Part shown: in pieces, positions 14,076 to 23,940 of the stretch
Numbering within the stretch: the stretch's first letter is position 1
How the letters are laid out: every line of letters begins with the position of its first letter
Source: Tubiluchus corallicola
Taxonomy: Eukaryota; Animalia; Priapulida
Assembly: GCA_030141605.1 (NCBI GenBank)
Contig: JAQGDQ010000495.1
Span: 1-64,000 of the forward strand
Direction: 5' to 3'
Length of the DNA stretch: 64,000 nt
The notes under the pieces: generated by a model
Databases searched by the model: none
What the model was told of the DNA's origin: nothing
Seen by the model: the letters and a program-made list of their open reading frames with translations, nothing else
Position numbers and translations under genes: made by a program

Positions 14076-14742
14076 ACGATACTTCATGATTCATAATAAT
14101 TCATAAAAGTGCATAAAACTTTAAAATTACCATTTTTAACTTTTCTCTGTTAAAAATGAAATTCCAACTGAACTTCGATAAAAAGAGAGAATTAGAAATG
14201 TGACGTATTAATATTATATTTGTCATGGTTATTTTGCTAGCAAAACCAACGAATGCAATAAATCATAAATGACACTTTTCTCAAGTTTGTGTATCCAACA
14301 ACTTACCAAATGTGACTTGATGCTGACAGCCTTGGCAGTGAGAAGAACAGCTCAGCCACGATTTAGTAAAAGAGTCTAAAATATAAAAAAAATCATAAAA
14401 GTGAATAAACACCCAAACTTTCGTCTAACAATTCAATTCTAATCTCAGTCAGATTCATTGAGATTCTACTGAAGTTTTTTAAATTTCCACATTGTTCTAT
14501 AATCTAACATTATTTAGTTTCTGCTCCAACATTTCGTTTAATGAAAGTAACGCCTATGGTTTCACAACGTTCAAGCACCTTAAGCAAATCCACGTAGCTA
14601 GCAGTTCATCAGTACAAAGTCAGCAACTCTTTTCAACTAGCTTCACTTAACTCACCTAGTGAATCGTAGAGACGATTTTGACCAAGACTTGTCACGGTCT
14701 TGAGAGATCAAATCACGTAGTTTCCTCCACATGACAAAGCTT

Positions 14743-15232
14743 CACTAGACTCATCTTGGCAAAACTCATCATGGCTAGACTAATCACAGCTAAACCCATC
14801 ACATCTAGACTCATTATGGCTAGACTCATCATGGCTAGACTAAGCACAGCTAAACCCATCACAACTATGCATATTATGTCTCGACTCATCATGGCTAGAC
14901 TCGCCATGGCTAGAGTCATTATGGCTAGACTCATTATGGCTAGACTCATCATGGCTAGACTAGTCATGGCTAGACTCATGGGTAGACTCATTACGGCTAG
15001 ACTCATCATGGCTAGAATCATCATGGCTAGAGTCATCATGGCTAGATTCATCATGACTAGACTCATCACGGCTAGGCTCATCATGGCTAGACTCATTGTG
15101 GTTTGATTCATGGCTGGATTTATCACAAGTAACCTCAAGGATAGACTGACTAATCACTGCTTCACTTATCACTGCTTGACTCATTGCTGCTTGACTCATC
15201 AATGCTTGACTCATCGTTGCTTGACCCATCGG
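14743..15232. repeat. 15-bp minisatellite (gctagactcatcatg, >20 copies) plus a related 15-bp array (tgcttgactcatcnn) just downstream of the ANK-cGLR stop
   Basis: Directly visible periodicity; produces the MARLI / MMSLA / ESSHD repeat ORFs in the track. Confidence 0.95.
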
Positions 15233-15238
15233 TATCTT

Positions 15239-18200
15239 TCAATTACTTTCTTCAAGTTTCTTCCAGGCTTTTTCGAATTTGCACTTTTTGTATGCTTTAT
15301 CAGCTGCCCGTTCTCCAACGTGTCCTTCTTGCACTTTTGTTTGTCTAATTTGCTGATACAAGTCTTGTATTTGCTTGTCATCAAGAGTAACAACGCCTTT
15401 CTTTGTCGGCACAGTATTTTCTAGAACATGTTTTCTTATTGCATCAGCACATAAACTTGCTAAATGCAAAATAGGCACTCCTTCAATTTTCTTTTTCTCA
15501 TAATCTTCCAAGATGTTGACATTATCCAGCAAACAGTGTTTCATAAATCTCACGCTGCAACATTCGGATATGTATTTCAAAATGCTCTGGACACGATCAA
15601 TTGCATCCTCTTGATTCCACACATCATCATCAGGCACTTCTGTTACTTCATGAAGAAAAGAAGTTTTAACCAGATAAGCATCAATCAGCTTGCTCGGTTT
15701 GTACTTTACAATTTTAAACAGCTTTCCAATGTTGACATCGTCGAAGATGTTGTCAATTTTAATTTCATTTAACTTTAATGGCTTACCATAAATTTCTTCT
15801 TTGAGTAGCGCTTTTGTAAGCTTCAACACTGTTTTTCTTTTTTCTGACATGCCTTCTATCAATCTGCTTTCTGCCTGGCTAGTTGACAATGTCCACAAGT
15901 ACTTATCAGTATTATGTGACAAAGGCTTACAAACAGCGTGTGTATGAAATGAAGAGGATTTGTCGGATTCAGGCTGTGGGGCATGAGGTGATAGTAGAGA
16001 GAATGAGTAGGAGAGAAACAATGATGGCGGTGAGCAGTAAGAAAGGAAATACCTAAAATAGTAAGAATGGAAAGAAGTTGACGTTTTTGACTCAGTTTCA
16101 CGAATAATAATAGCAGGTGAGAAATCCAAAGCTACTGCCAAATCTTTGTAAATCTCTTCTGTTCCAGAGTAAACCATATGAAACGTCAGGCAGACTTTGT
16201 TGTACTCGATACGCTGAAGTTTCAGCTTTTCGTCAGTGGTCTGCCTGACTGCAGCTGCCATGGCTTTGCAAGCAATTGGCTCAAATTTATCTTTAAGATT
16301 ATTTGGTAAAAATGTGCCATCGTTGCATTTCAAGTGTACAAGGCCAGGATTATCAGTTTTCTCAATTGAAACTCCATTACTGAATTTCCTTAAGGTAATT
16401 AGGAAGTCGTATTCATCTGGCAGACCAATTTTCGTGCCACATGAAGAACTTCCTACTAATACAGGAAAACAATCAAACTCCTGGTTGATTTTACCAATTT
16501 CTTCGCAAGCTGCATTTACAACAGAAAGAACTTTTTGCCTGACAACATCATTCTCTGAGCTATCGGGAAGGTTTCCTAAAAAAATTATTTTGAGTATGCT
16601 AGTGATTTCCTCACATCCTGCTATTTCTTCTTCAGTGGGTGTTTTCTTCGGTATTCCAGGCTCTTTGCGCCACTCAGGTATGTATAATAAACTTAAAAAG
16701 TGGCCCACTGTTTCTTTGTACTCGTCATTTATTGTTATTTTGTTCACTAAGTCTCTGTACAGATCAATCGCTGTTTGCCCTTTTTCGTTTAACTTTTCGA
16801 GGTCGACTTTATGCTCCAGCAAACATTTTACAATGTCACTTCTGATGCCAATTTGTAAATGTGCAGCTATATGTAACGCAGTGTTACCTTCGTTATCACA
16901 TGTGCTTACATTACTTCCGTGATCCAACAAAAGTTTAACACTCTCAAATTCTTTTTGACAAACAGCATAATGTAAGGCAGTGTTGCCAAATTGATCCTTT
17001 TTGTTTATAAAATCATTGCTAGAGTCAGTAACTCTAGATAAATGTTTCAGCAAAATGCGTACTGTTTCTGTTGTTTCTGCACTTCCTCCTTTAACTGCAG
17101 CTATAAGAGCTGTTTCTCCATCCTTATCAGCTGCAGTGTAGTCAGCACCATCATCAAGTAATAGTTGTAGAATTTTGTGATGCCCGTGATCAGCTGCAAT
17201 CATTAGAGCTGTCACACCGTATATGTCACATTGGTCACAATCAGTACTGCCAGCTGACAAGAGACGTTCAACAGCAACTTTGGCATTGTGCTTTGCTGCA
17301 GCCATGAGAAAAGTTTGGTCCATGTCTTCATATTTAGATGATGATTCGAGCAGAGAGCGTAAATTGTTGAATGCATTGTGTTGCGTTGTAGTACGTGCGT
17401 CATCAATGCCATCAAGCAAATTGGTGTTACTAAAGCTGCGAAACAAGTCTATGGCTTCTTCATCTTTGCGATCAGCAGCAATTAAAGGGGCAGTCCAGCC
17501 GTCTTTGGACCTGGCATTACAGTCAGCACCACAAGCCAAAAGATTCAATATAACTGCATAAGAGCCAGCACGTGTAGCAAACATAAGAGGCGTCCATCCA
17601 TCTTTGTCTGTACACATGGGAGCAGTCCGTCCATAGTTGTCTCTGATGTTAATATCAGCTCCACTATCTAGTAAGAGTAGAACTACATTCAGGTACCCAT
17701 TTTTAGTTGCCAACATGAGAGCAGTCTGTCCAGCGTTGTTACTGATGTTAATATCAGCTCCCATATCTAGTAAGAGCTGAACTACATCCAAGTGCCCATT
17801 AATAGATGCCAACATGAGAGCAGTCTGTCCAGCGTAGTTACTGATGTTAATATCAGCTCCACTATCTAGTAAGAGCTGAACTACGTTTACGTGCCCATTA
17901 GTCGATGCCAACATGAGAGCAGTCTCTTCACAGAAGTTACTGATGTTAATATCAGCTCCCCTATCTATTAAAAACTGAGCTACATTCACGTGCCCATTAA
18001 TAGATGCCCACATGAGAGCAGTCTCTCCATAGTTGTCACCACTGATGTTAATATCAGCTCCACTATCAAGTAAGAGCTGAACTACATTCAAGTGCCCATT
18101 CATAGATGCCAAAATGAGAGCAGTCTCTCCATCGTTGTTACTGATGTTAATATCAGCTCCACTATCTAGTAAGAGCTGAACTACATTCAAGTGCCCATTC

Positions 18201-18535
18201 ATAGATGCCAAAATGAGAGCAGTCTCTCCAGCGTTGTTTCTGATGTTAATATCAGCTCCACTATCTAGTAAGAGCTGAACTACATTCAAGTGCCCATTAA
18301 TAGATGCCAAAATGAGAGCAGTCCGTCCATCGTTGTTACTGATGTTAATATCAGCTCCACTATGAAGTAAGAGCTGAACTACATTCAAGTGCCCATTCAC
18401 AGATGCCAACATGAGAGCAAGTGAGTTTCCGAAGTTGCAGTCAGCACCTTCAGTGAGCAACCGCTGGACTTCATGAATGTCTCCATCTTTAGCTGCTCGA
18501 AGAAGTTGTCTATTTAATCGAGATTCTTCAGTCAT
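15239..18535 (-). CDS. Ankyrin-repeat / Mab-21 (cGAS-like receptor, cGLR) nucleotidyltransferase fusion protein, 1098 aa, single ORF
   Basis: N-terminal ~590 aa are ankyrin repeats (GxTALxxA..GH..VV.LLL..GAD). The C-terminal half has Mab-21/cGAS motifs in order: LVGSSSCGTKIGLPDEYDFL (GS + E-x-D), LAVALDFSPAI (third Asp), WTLSTSQAESRLI...KTVLKLTKALL, AYLVKTSFLH...W, ILKYISECC...MKHCLLDNVNIL. Confidence 0.92.
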   Translation of the reverse strand: MTEESRLNRQLLRAAKDGDIHEVQRLLTEGADCNFGNSLALMLASVNGHLNVVQLLLHSGADINISNNDGRTALILASINGHLNVVQLLLDSGADINIRNNAGETALILASMNGHLNVVQLLLDSGADINISNNDGETALILASMNGHLNVVQLLLDSGADINISGDNYGETALMWASINGHVNVAQFLIDRGADINISNFCEETALMLASTNGHVNVVQLLLDSGADINISNYAGQTALMLASINGHLDVVQLLLDMGADINISNNAGQTALMLATKNGYLNVVLLLLDSGADINIRDNYGRTAPMCTDKDGWTPLMFATRAGSYAVILNLLACGADCNARSKDGWTAPLIAADRKDEEAIDLFRSFSNTNLLDGIDDARTTTQHNAFNNLRSLLESSSKYEDMDQTFLMAAAKHNAKVAVERLLSAGSTDCDQCDIYGVTALMIAADHGHHKILQLLLDDGADYTAADKDGETALIAAVKGGSAETTETVRILLKHLSRVTDSSNDFINKKDQFGNTALHYAVCQKEFESVKLLLDHGSNVSTCDNEGNTALHIAAHLQIGIRSDIVKCLLEHKVDLEKLNEKGQTAIDLYRDLVNKITINDEYKETVGHFLSLLYIPEWRKEPGIPKKTPTEEEIAGCEEITSILKIIFLGNLPDSSENDVVRQKVLSVVNAACEEIGKINQEFDCFPVLVGSSSCGTKIGLPDEYDFLITLRKFSNGVSIEKTDNPGLVHLKCNDGTFLPNNLKDKFEPIACKAMAAAVRQTTDEKLKLQRIEYNKVCLTFHMVYSGTEEIYKDLAVALDFSPAIIIRETESKTSTSFHSYYFRYFLSYCSPPSLFLSYSFSLLSPHAPQPESDKSSSFHTHAVCKPLSHNTDKYLWTLSTSQAESRLIEGMSEKRKTVLKLTKALLKEEIYGKPLKLNEIKIDNIFDDVNIGKLFKIVKYKPSKLIDAYLVKTSFLHEVTEVPDDDVWNQEDAIDRVQSILKYISECCSVRFMKHCLLDNVNILEDYEKKKIEGVPILHLASLCADAIRKHVLENTVPTKKGVVTLDDKQIQDLYQQIRQTKVQEGHVGERAADKAYKKCKFEKAWKKLEESN
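17624..18418 (-). repeat. Eight near-identical 99-bp (one 102-bp) coding repeats = ankyrin repeats of the cGLR
   Basis: ctgatgttaatatcagctcc recurs every 99 bp; each unit encodes ALxLASxNGHxNVVQLLLDSGADINI(S/R)xxxGxT. Confidence 0.97.
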
Positions 18536-18978
18536 GCCTGCTCTTTTAGAACGAAGCGTTTTTAGATCTATCCTGTTGGGAGTGTAACTGTGGAAGTGTG
18601 GGGTTGTTGTGGAGCATCTGGATGTGGAATTGATCTTCCTTGGTTGGCTTGTGGTCTAGGAGTATTGATGTATTGTTGTAAAATAGCTTTATAACGGGTA
18701 TCAATCAAGTTCTTAATACTATACTAATATTGCTCTTCATTTTCCATAATTTTGACTTGTTGAAGAAGAGTGTATGAACCATTATTATTACAGTTTCACA
18801 TTAGGGTACATTATAACACATTCTAATGTATCGAGTGGAGCCGAAGTTTAGACTAACATAATATTAGGAGCTAATGTCCTACAAACGTCAAAATTGAAAT
18901 TTCACAGCATGCATGAAATTACGATACATTAACTTTTGGCTGTGAAAGTTACAAGTTAACGGCTTTAGTAACTTTTAA

Positions 18979-19262
18979 GTTATGACCCAAAAATTTTTGC
19001 AAGTTAAATAACCAAATGTCGGAACAATGACAGCTACGTTCGGTTAAATAGAATGCGCCGAATACATAGAGAAAAACAATGAAGGAATCAACATCGTGGT
19101 CATCATCAGAGAAAATAAAGGATAAAAAACTGTGCCAGCAGTTTGGAAGAAACGTCTGTGTTACAGTGAAGACGATGGACACGTAGAGCACTTGCTGCAA
19201 ATTTTAACAGTAGCAACACACAAAGCCTTTTCCGGCATTTGCTTGTTACTTCTGCATCTTTA
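18979..19262 (+). pseudogene. Possible TIR-domain C-terminal remnant with in-frame stops
   Basis: One + frame reads VMTQKFLQVK*PNVGTMTATFG*IECAEYIEKNNEGINIVVIIRENKG*KTVPAVWKKRLCYSEDDGHVEHLLQIL, loosely resembling TIR betaC-alphaC-betaD-alphaD-betaE. Weak, by eye. Confidence 0.25.
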
Positions 19263-19401
19263 AAAAAGTCTAAGGAAATGACCTAAAATTTTTAGTGTTC
19301 ACGTATAAGCGTCTGTAACATTAGTGTGGTATAATTTTAAAAGCAATTTCTTTACTTTCTTATAATATCGTGATCAAAACATTGTCACATTTTTTTAGGT
19401 T

Positions 19402-19404
<3 letters not shown>

Positions 19405-19474
<70 letters not shown>
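19405..19474. repeat. (TA)n microsatellite
   Basis: Pure AT dinucleotide run. Confidence 0.99.
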
Positions 19475-19477
<3 letters not shown>

Positions 19478-22400
19478 CGTTTGCTTATGACTGAGCTAAC
19501 GTGTAGAACAAAACATTTTATAAATAAAAGATTACTTACTTTTTACGGTAATAACACGATGTTGCCAACAGGGCTATAATCACACCAAATAAACATGTTG
19601 CCATAGGGAAGTACCAGTACTTCCTCATGGAACATTTAAAATCTGCAATAAAATACAGATTATTGGCCTTTAGGCGTTTTGCAGCTGAACTGGGTTTATG
19701 AGCTTAATATACGCTTAGTTTATGAACTTTAGATGATAAGCATTGGATTTTTTAGTGCCACAGACAGTTTTCCAAACAAACCGTGCATGAACGATATGGC
19801 TATACAATGTTACGTCATATATTAAAACTTCTTTTCCTTTTTTTGACGTGAATCAAACACAGAGGTAGCAGAAAGTCGTAGCTATTTTTTTACTTGTATG
19901 ATTTAGTGATACTACCACAGTATGTATACGCATTTATCCCGTCTTATTAAAAAATCAATGTTGGCATTAAATTTAAGCACTCATACTGGTGTTACGAATT
20001 AGAAAAGCTCTTTGAAGGTACTTATGAGCATTGTAAGTGTATGAAAGGCTTTCAAAATAATTCCTTACATGGTAGCAGCAAGGCTCTTATTTGAAAAAAA
20101 ACTAGTGAAAAAAGAAAATTCTTGATAAACTTGAATTTAGAATAAAACAAATCACGACAACAACGTATAGGGCACACCCATATAGAGGCGGGATCCGTTT
20201 AATGGACATACCTGAGGGCCGTTTATTGAGAATAAGAAAAACCGATTTCCATTACGCATGCGCAACATCCTATAGTCTCTTAAGGTAAAATTTAAGCCTC
20301 TTAGGAAGAAAACTGTGCTCGACGATAGATTTCAAAAATCAACGTGACAGCAAAATGACAAAGCTTCAGGAATCCCCACACTTCGTGTCAGATCCAAAAA
20401 TGTTTATTAACTAACTATATATTTTTAAGTTGATTTGTGAAATAGTGGGTCATTTTCTTTTTAACAAACCACTAATTTGACTCCTGCTATTGTTTTCCGC
20501 CCGCCCACTGTATGGATACTCTTAATTTACAGATCCTTTAGTATTTAGCGTTAGCAACCAATTAACTGTTAAAATTCCTGAAAATTTTACCGGAGGGATA
20601 TATAAACTAGGTTCAAAATACATCCGTGGTCTCTAAAACTAGATTAGAATGTACTCACACTAGTTTCAGGTTATCCCCTCCCATTAAAGCGAAACCTGAC
20701 ATCGGTTAAAAATTATTTTATAGTTCTAGAATGTTTCTCCTTGATAAATCATTTAATCGTTTGATATGATTTTAACTCTTTAATGTAAAAATTTTTACTA
20801 AAGATGTGTTGTTTTTATGTGAAAATGATCATATTTTGTGATGTGATCATTGTCATCTTCGCGGAAAAAGATTGTTAATAGTTAAACGTATTTGGAAATA
20901 CACTATTTGAACAATAGTTTTACTTTTACGCAATTATTTGTCTACCTATTTTTATATCCATGAGTATCTTTATTATAAAAAAAACGTTGAAAGTATTTGG
21001 CTTACTAATTATTTGAGAAACCGTATATAAATTTTTTAATTGATTAATGTCAACAATTTTTAAGAACACGCAGTTTTTTTTAATAAAACGATATTTAGTA
21101 TAATTATGTACTAGGTGAAGGTAGACCTGCTCATTCTTATGCATCCTGAATTTTTTTATATTTTGATTTTGACACCCGAAACTTCAAAAAATTTCCGAGG
21201 TATGGTAATTTAAAACTCTTCACAAATAGTAATTGTACACATGGCTACTGTAAAATTATAGTCGTTTTTTGATGTAGACGATATAAAATTTCAAATAGAA
21301 TTTTTAAGCTGCAAACAAAAATGCTCTCATTTTTTTTCACCAAGATACTATAGGCATAGTTACACGTAAGGTCTAGATGCACTTGCTATATAGGCCGTGC
21401 ACTTATTTTCGCCATATTTCATTTGCAGACTTCGTTTATTTGGGTTTATGGCCTTGTTGACAGAGTTATGATTGGGAAATTCCCCGCGATATAGCAAGAT
21501 TAGTAGTAACTAGAAAAGCAATATTTTTTAGATCATTGAGATATTTGAGATATGCAATTCAGTCCTCTGTTAGCAATATAGATCTCTCAAACTTTTGTTA
21601 GAATCTTTTGTAGATATGAGAAATACGTCTACTTGGAAACACTATTGTGCTACGTGAAATTCAATTAAGATGTATGTACTAGGCCTAGTCTGGTGTATGT
21701 ACTAGGCCTACTCTGTTGGGTTTTTGCAATTTTCGTAACTCTATATTCTTATGTGGCCATCCATCATGTTGTTATGTGTGGTTACCATTAACTGCTGTTC
21801 AGATACGTAGCAGCAACTGTTTGCAGTTACAGCCAAAAATGATGTTTGATGCTTCTCCGGAGTTTATTTATTTTTCTTCCTCCACAAAATTACAACAGTG
21901 CTAGTAATAAATTGGCCTTACAAAAGTTTTTGCACAATGTAGAAAATGCGTAGACTCTATTATGAAACCACCTTTAGATTTAATATCTTATTTATTTCTG
22001 TATATTACCTTATATATTATCTATTTTTCTTAATAGAATTTCATTATTGGCATATACATTACATTACAATGACATGCATGCAGCAAAACAACAACAAAAT
22101 ACAAAAGTGCAAAACAGGCTTATTACATTACAACTATAGTAACCAAAAAACACGTAACAGTTAACAAATATGTATAATTTTAGTATCAATACAGTTAGCG
22201 TATCATGAAAGAATAGTGAATAATATTATCAATATTCACATGTTAGTGCCATTTACTACTTTTTAAAGCACTTTTTTAAAATGTAATGGGCGACTAATTT
22301 GGTTATATCGCAGTCGTCCCCCCTCGCGCCCATTGTGATTTTTGGTTTTCCGTTATCGTTCAAGTTAATGAAATTGTTATTGGTGGTTGTTGTTGTTATA

Positions 22401-22497
22401 TTAGAATAGAAAGTTTGTCTTAACCTGTTGCAGGAGGAGACGGAATAAAAATCATTATGCCGTATCTACCACGTAACCATTAAACTAGGCCTATATA

Positions 22498-22744
22498 CAA
22501 GGCCGGATTATCCTTTGGGCTAGTATAGGCTGCAGTGTAGGACCACTCAAGCTTGGGGCCTTCGAGCTTTGGCAACATTAAATTTTGGTAAAAAAAATCC
22601 GTTTTGTCACTATGGTTGTGTTGAAATATGTGCTAATTTGGATTGCAATAAATAGTAAACTAGTGTTTTTAAAGAGAATTGTTCTGTCTGCGGAGTCCAT
22701 AATTTCATTCGACTGGTGCCCCGAAAGGTCATAATCCAGCCCTG
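22498..22744. mobile_element. Non-autonomous hAT-type MITE, 247 bp
   Basis: Terminal inverted repeats caaggccggattat / ataatccagccctg; 8-bp target-site duplication cctatata (22490-22497) / cctatatg (22745-22752). Confidence 0.8.
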
Positions 22745-23940
22745 CCTATATGCCAACTAATGTACCTAACAATTTTTACGTAATTTCTGACAGTGTACTT
22801 GCACGAATGTGAACGATCCACCCACGTAACATTCCTTTATGCCGAAAATAGCAAACGATGCAGCAAAAACAGTATAAGACTCCATACAGGCGGTAGGTAT
22901 TTTGTTCAATAAAAAATTACGTAATTGAAATGCCACATTACACTCTTTCTATTTGGCATAGTGGTGATTTTTGAACGCAAGTTTTGAGCCTTTTAAACAA
23001 TTTCTTACTTTTCGGTGGTACTTCAGGTTGGGCAAATGCCAAAAGTAGTTCCACAATTGCTTTTTCGAGAAGTCAGGGAATGTAGTTTAAAGTGGCGAAG
23101 CGGAGTACGCTTTACAAAAATGCTGTAAGTACTCTTAAGGGCCGTTGGGCACTGCACACACTATATAACTAAACCGTATAAATATCAGTCTACATCGAAA
23201 TCAAATCTATTTGATAAATTTTGACAACTTCACTTTGCTGAAAGCAATTTGCACAAACTTTCGCAAAATTCTGGTGGCTGTTTAAAAAAAATGGCTCAGG
23301 TGGAAGAAAGATCTTGAGTTTCCTGAAAGGCAAACTGGGCGTATTGCGCACCACATGGTATGTTCAGAATAAGCTTACGAAAGATAATGCACGTAAACAC
23401 ATCCATTTTACTCATTCACGTTCAGTCATTAGTTTTATAAGTTTATAAAACCGAAACAAAAGGTTTCCCGCTTTCTCCTTTTTCACGTGACTAGAATAAA
23501 AATATTTAACAAGATAATCGGGAATAGAGAAAAATTACAAAATTTTGATATCGCACGATTGATTGCTATTGATTGAAAAAATACACAGAAACAAATAAAT
23601 AATATAACTCATCTATTGCTGTACATTCCTGGCATATAAATATTATGCATGTAGATTTCTTTTTGTATATAATTGTATATATACATATATATACCTCTAA
23701 AAACAGCATCTTTAAGACCCTACACTAAATTGTCACTAAAGAGATCACTGACATGTAGCTTCAATGATAGCACATTAGAATGATATGCCACTCTAATGGT
23801 TTACTACATAGCGGTTATATCATTACTTGTTTATTTTATATAATACTTAATAAGGATAACTCAAGCAGTCAAATATTGTACCGATATTGCAGTGTAAAAA
23901 CATAAACGCGCCCAATGAATTAAATAATAAATAAACTTGC

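Larger units (their letters stand above)
512..14420. repeat. Tandem array of eight ~1.69-1.75-kb units plus a diverged terminal part-unit
   Basis: Anchor cttacctggtgtaacttg recurs at 659, 2410, 4161, 5861, 7549, 9289, 11015, 12721 (spacings 1751, 1751, 1700, 1688, 1740, 1726, 1706). Units 1-3 are nearly identical; 13330-14420 is a more diverged homologue. Confidence 0.97.

Noticed and set aside
14713-15138. Met-rich 141-aa and 116-aa ORFs
   Set aside because: By-products of the stop-poor 15-bp minisatellite.
512-15232. CRISPR-like repeat-spacer array
   Set aside because: Eukaryotic context; the repeats are contiguous with no unique spacers and there are no cas genes.
15974-16052. Pyrimidine-rich GT..AG segment inside the Mab-21 domain as an intron
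   Set aside because: 79 nt; removal would frameshift the conserved C-terminal motifs. Treated as a loop insertion.
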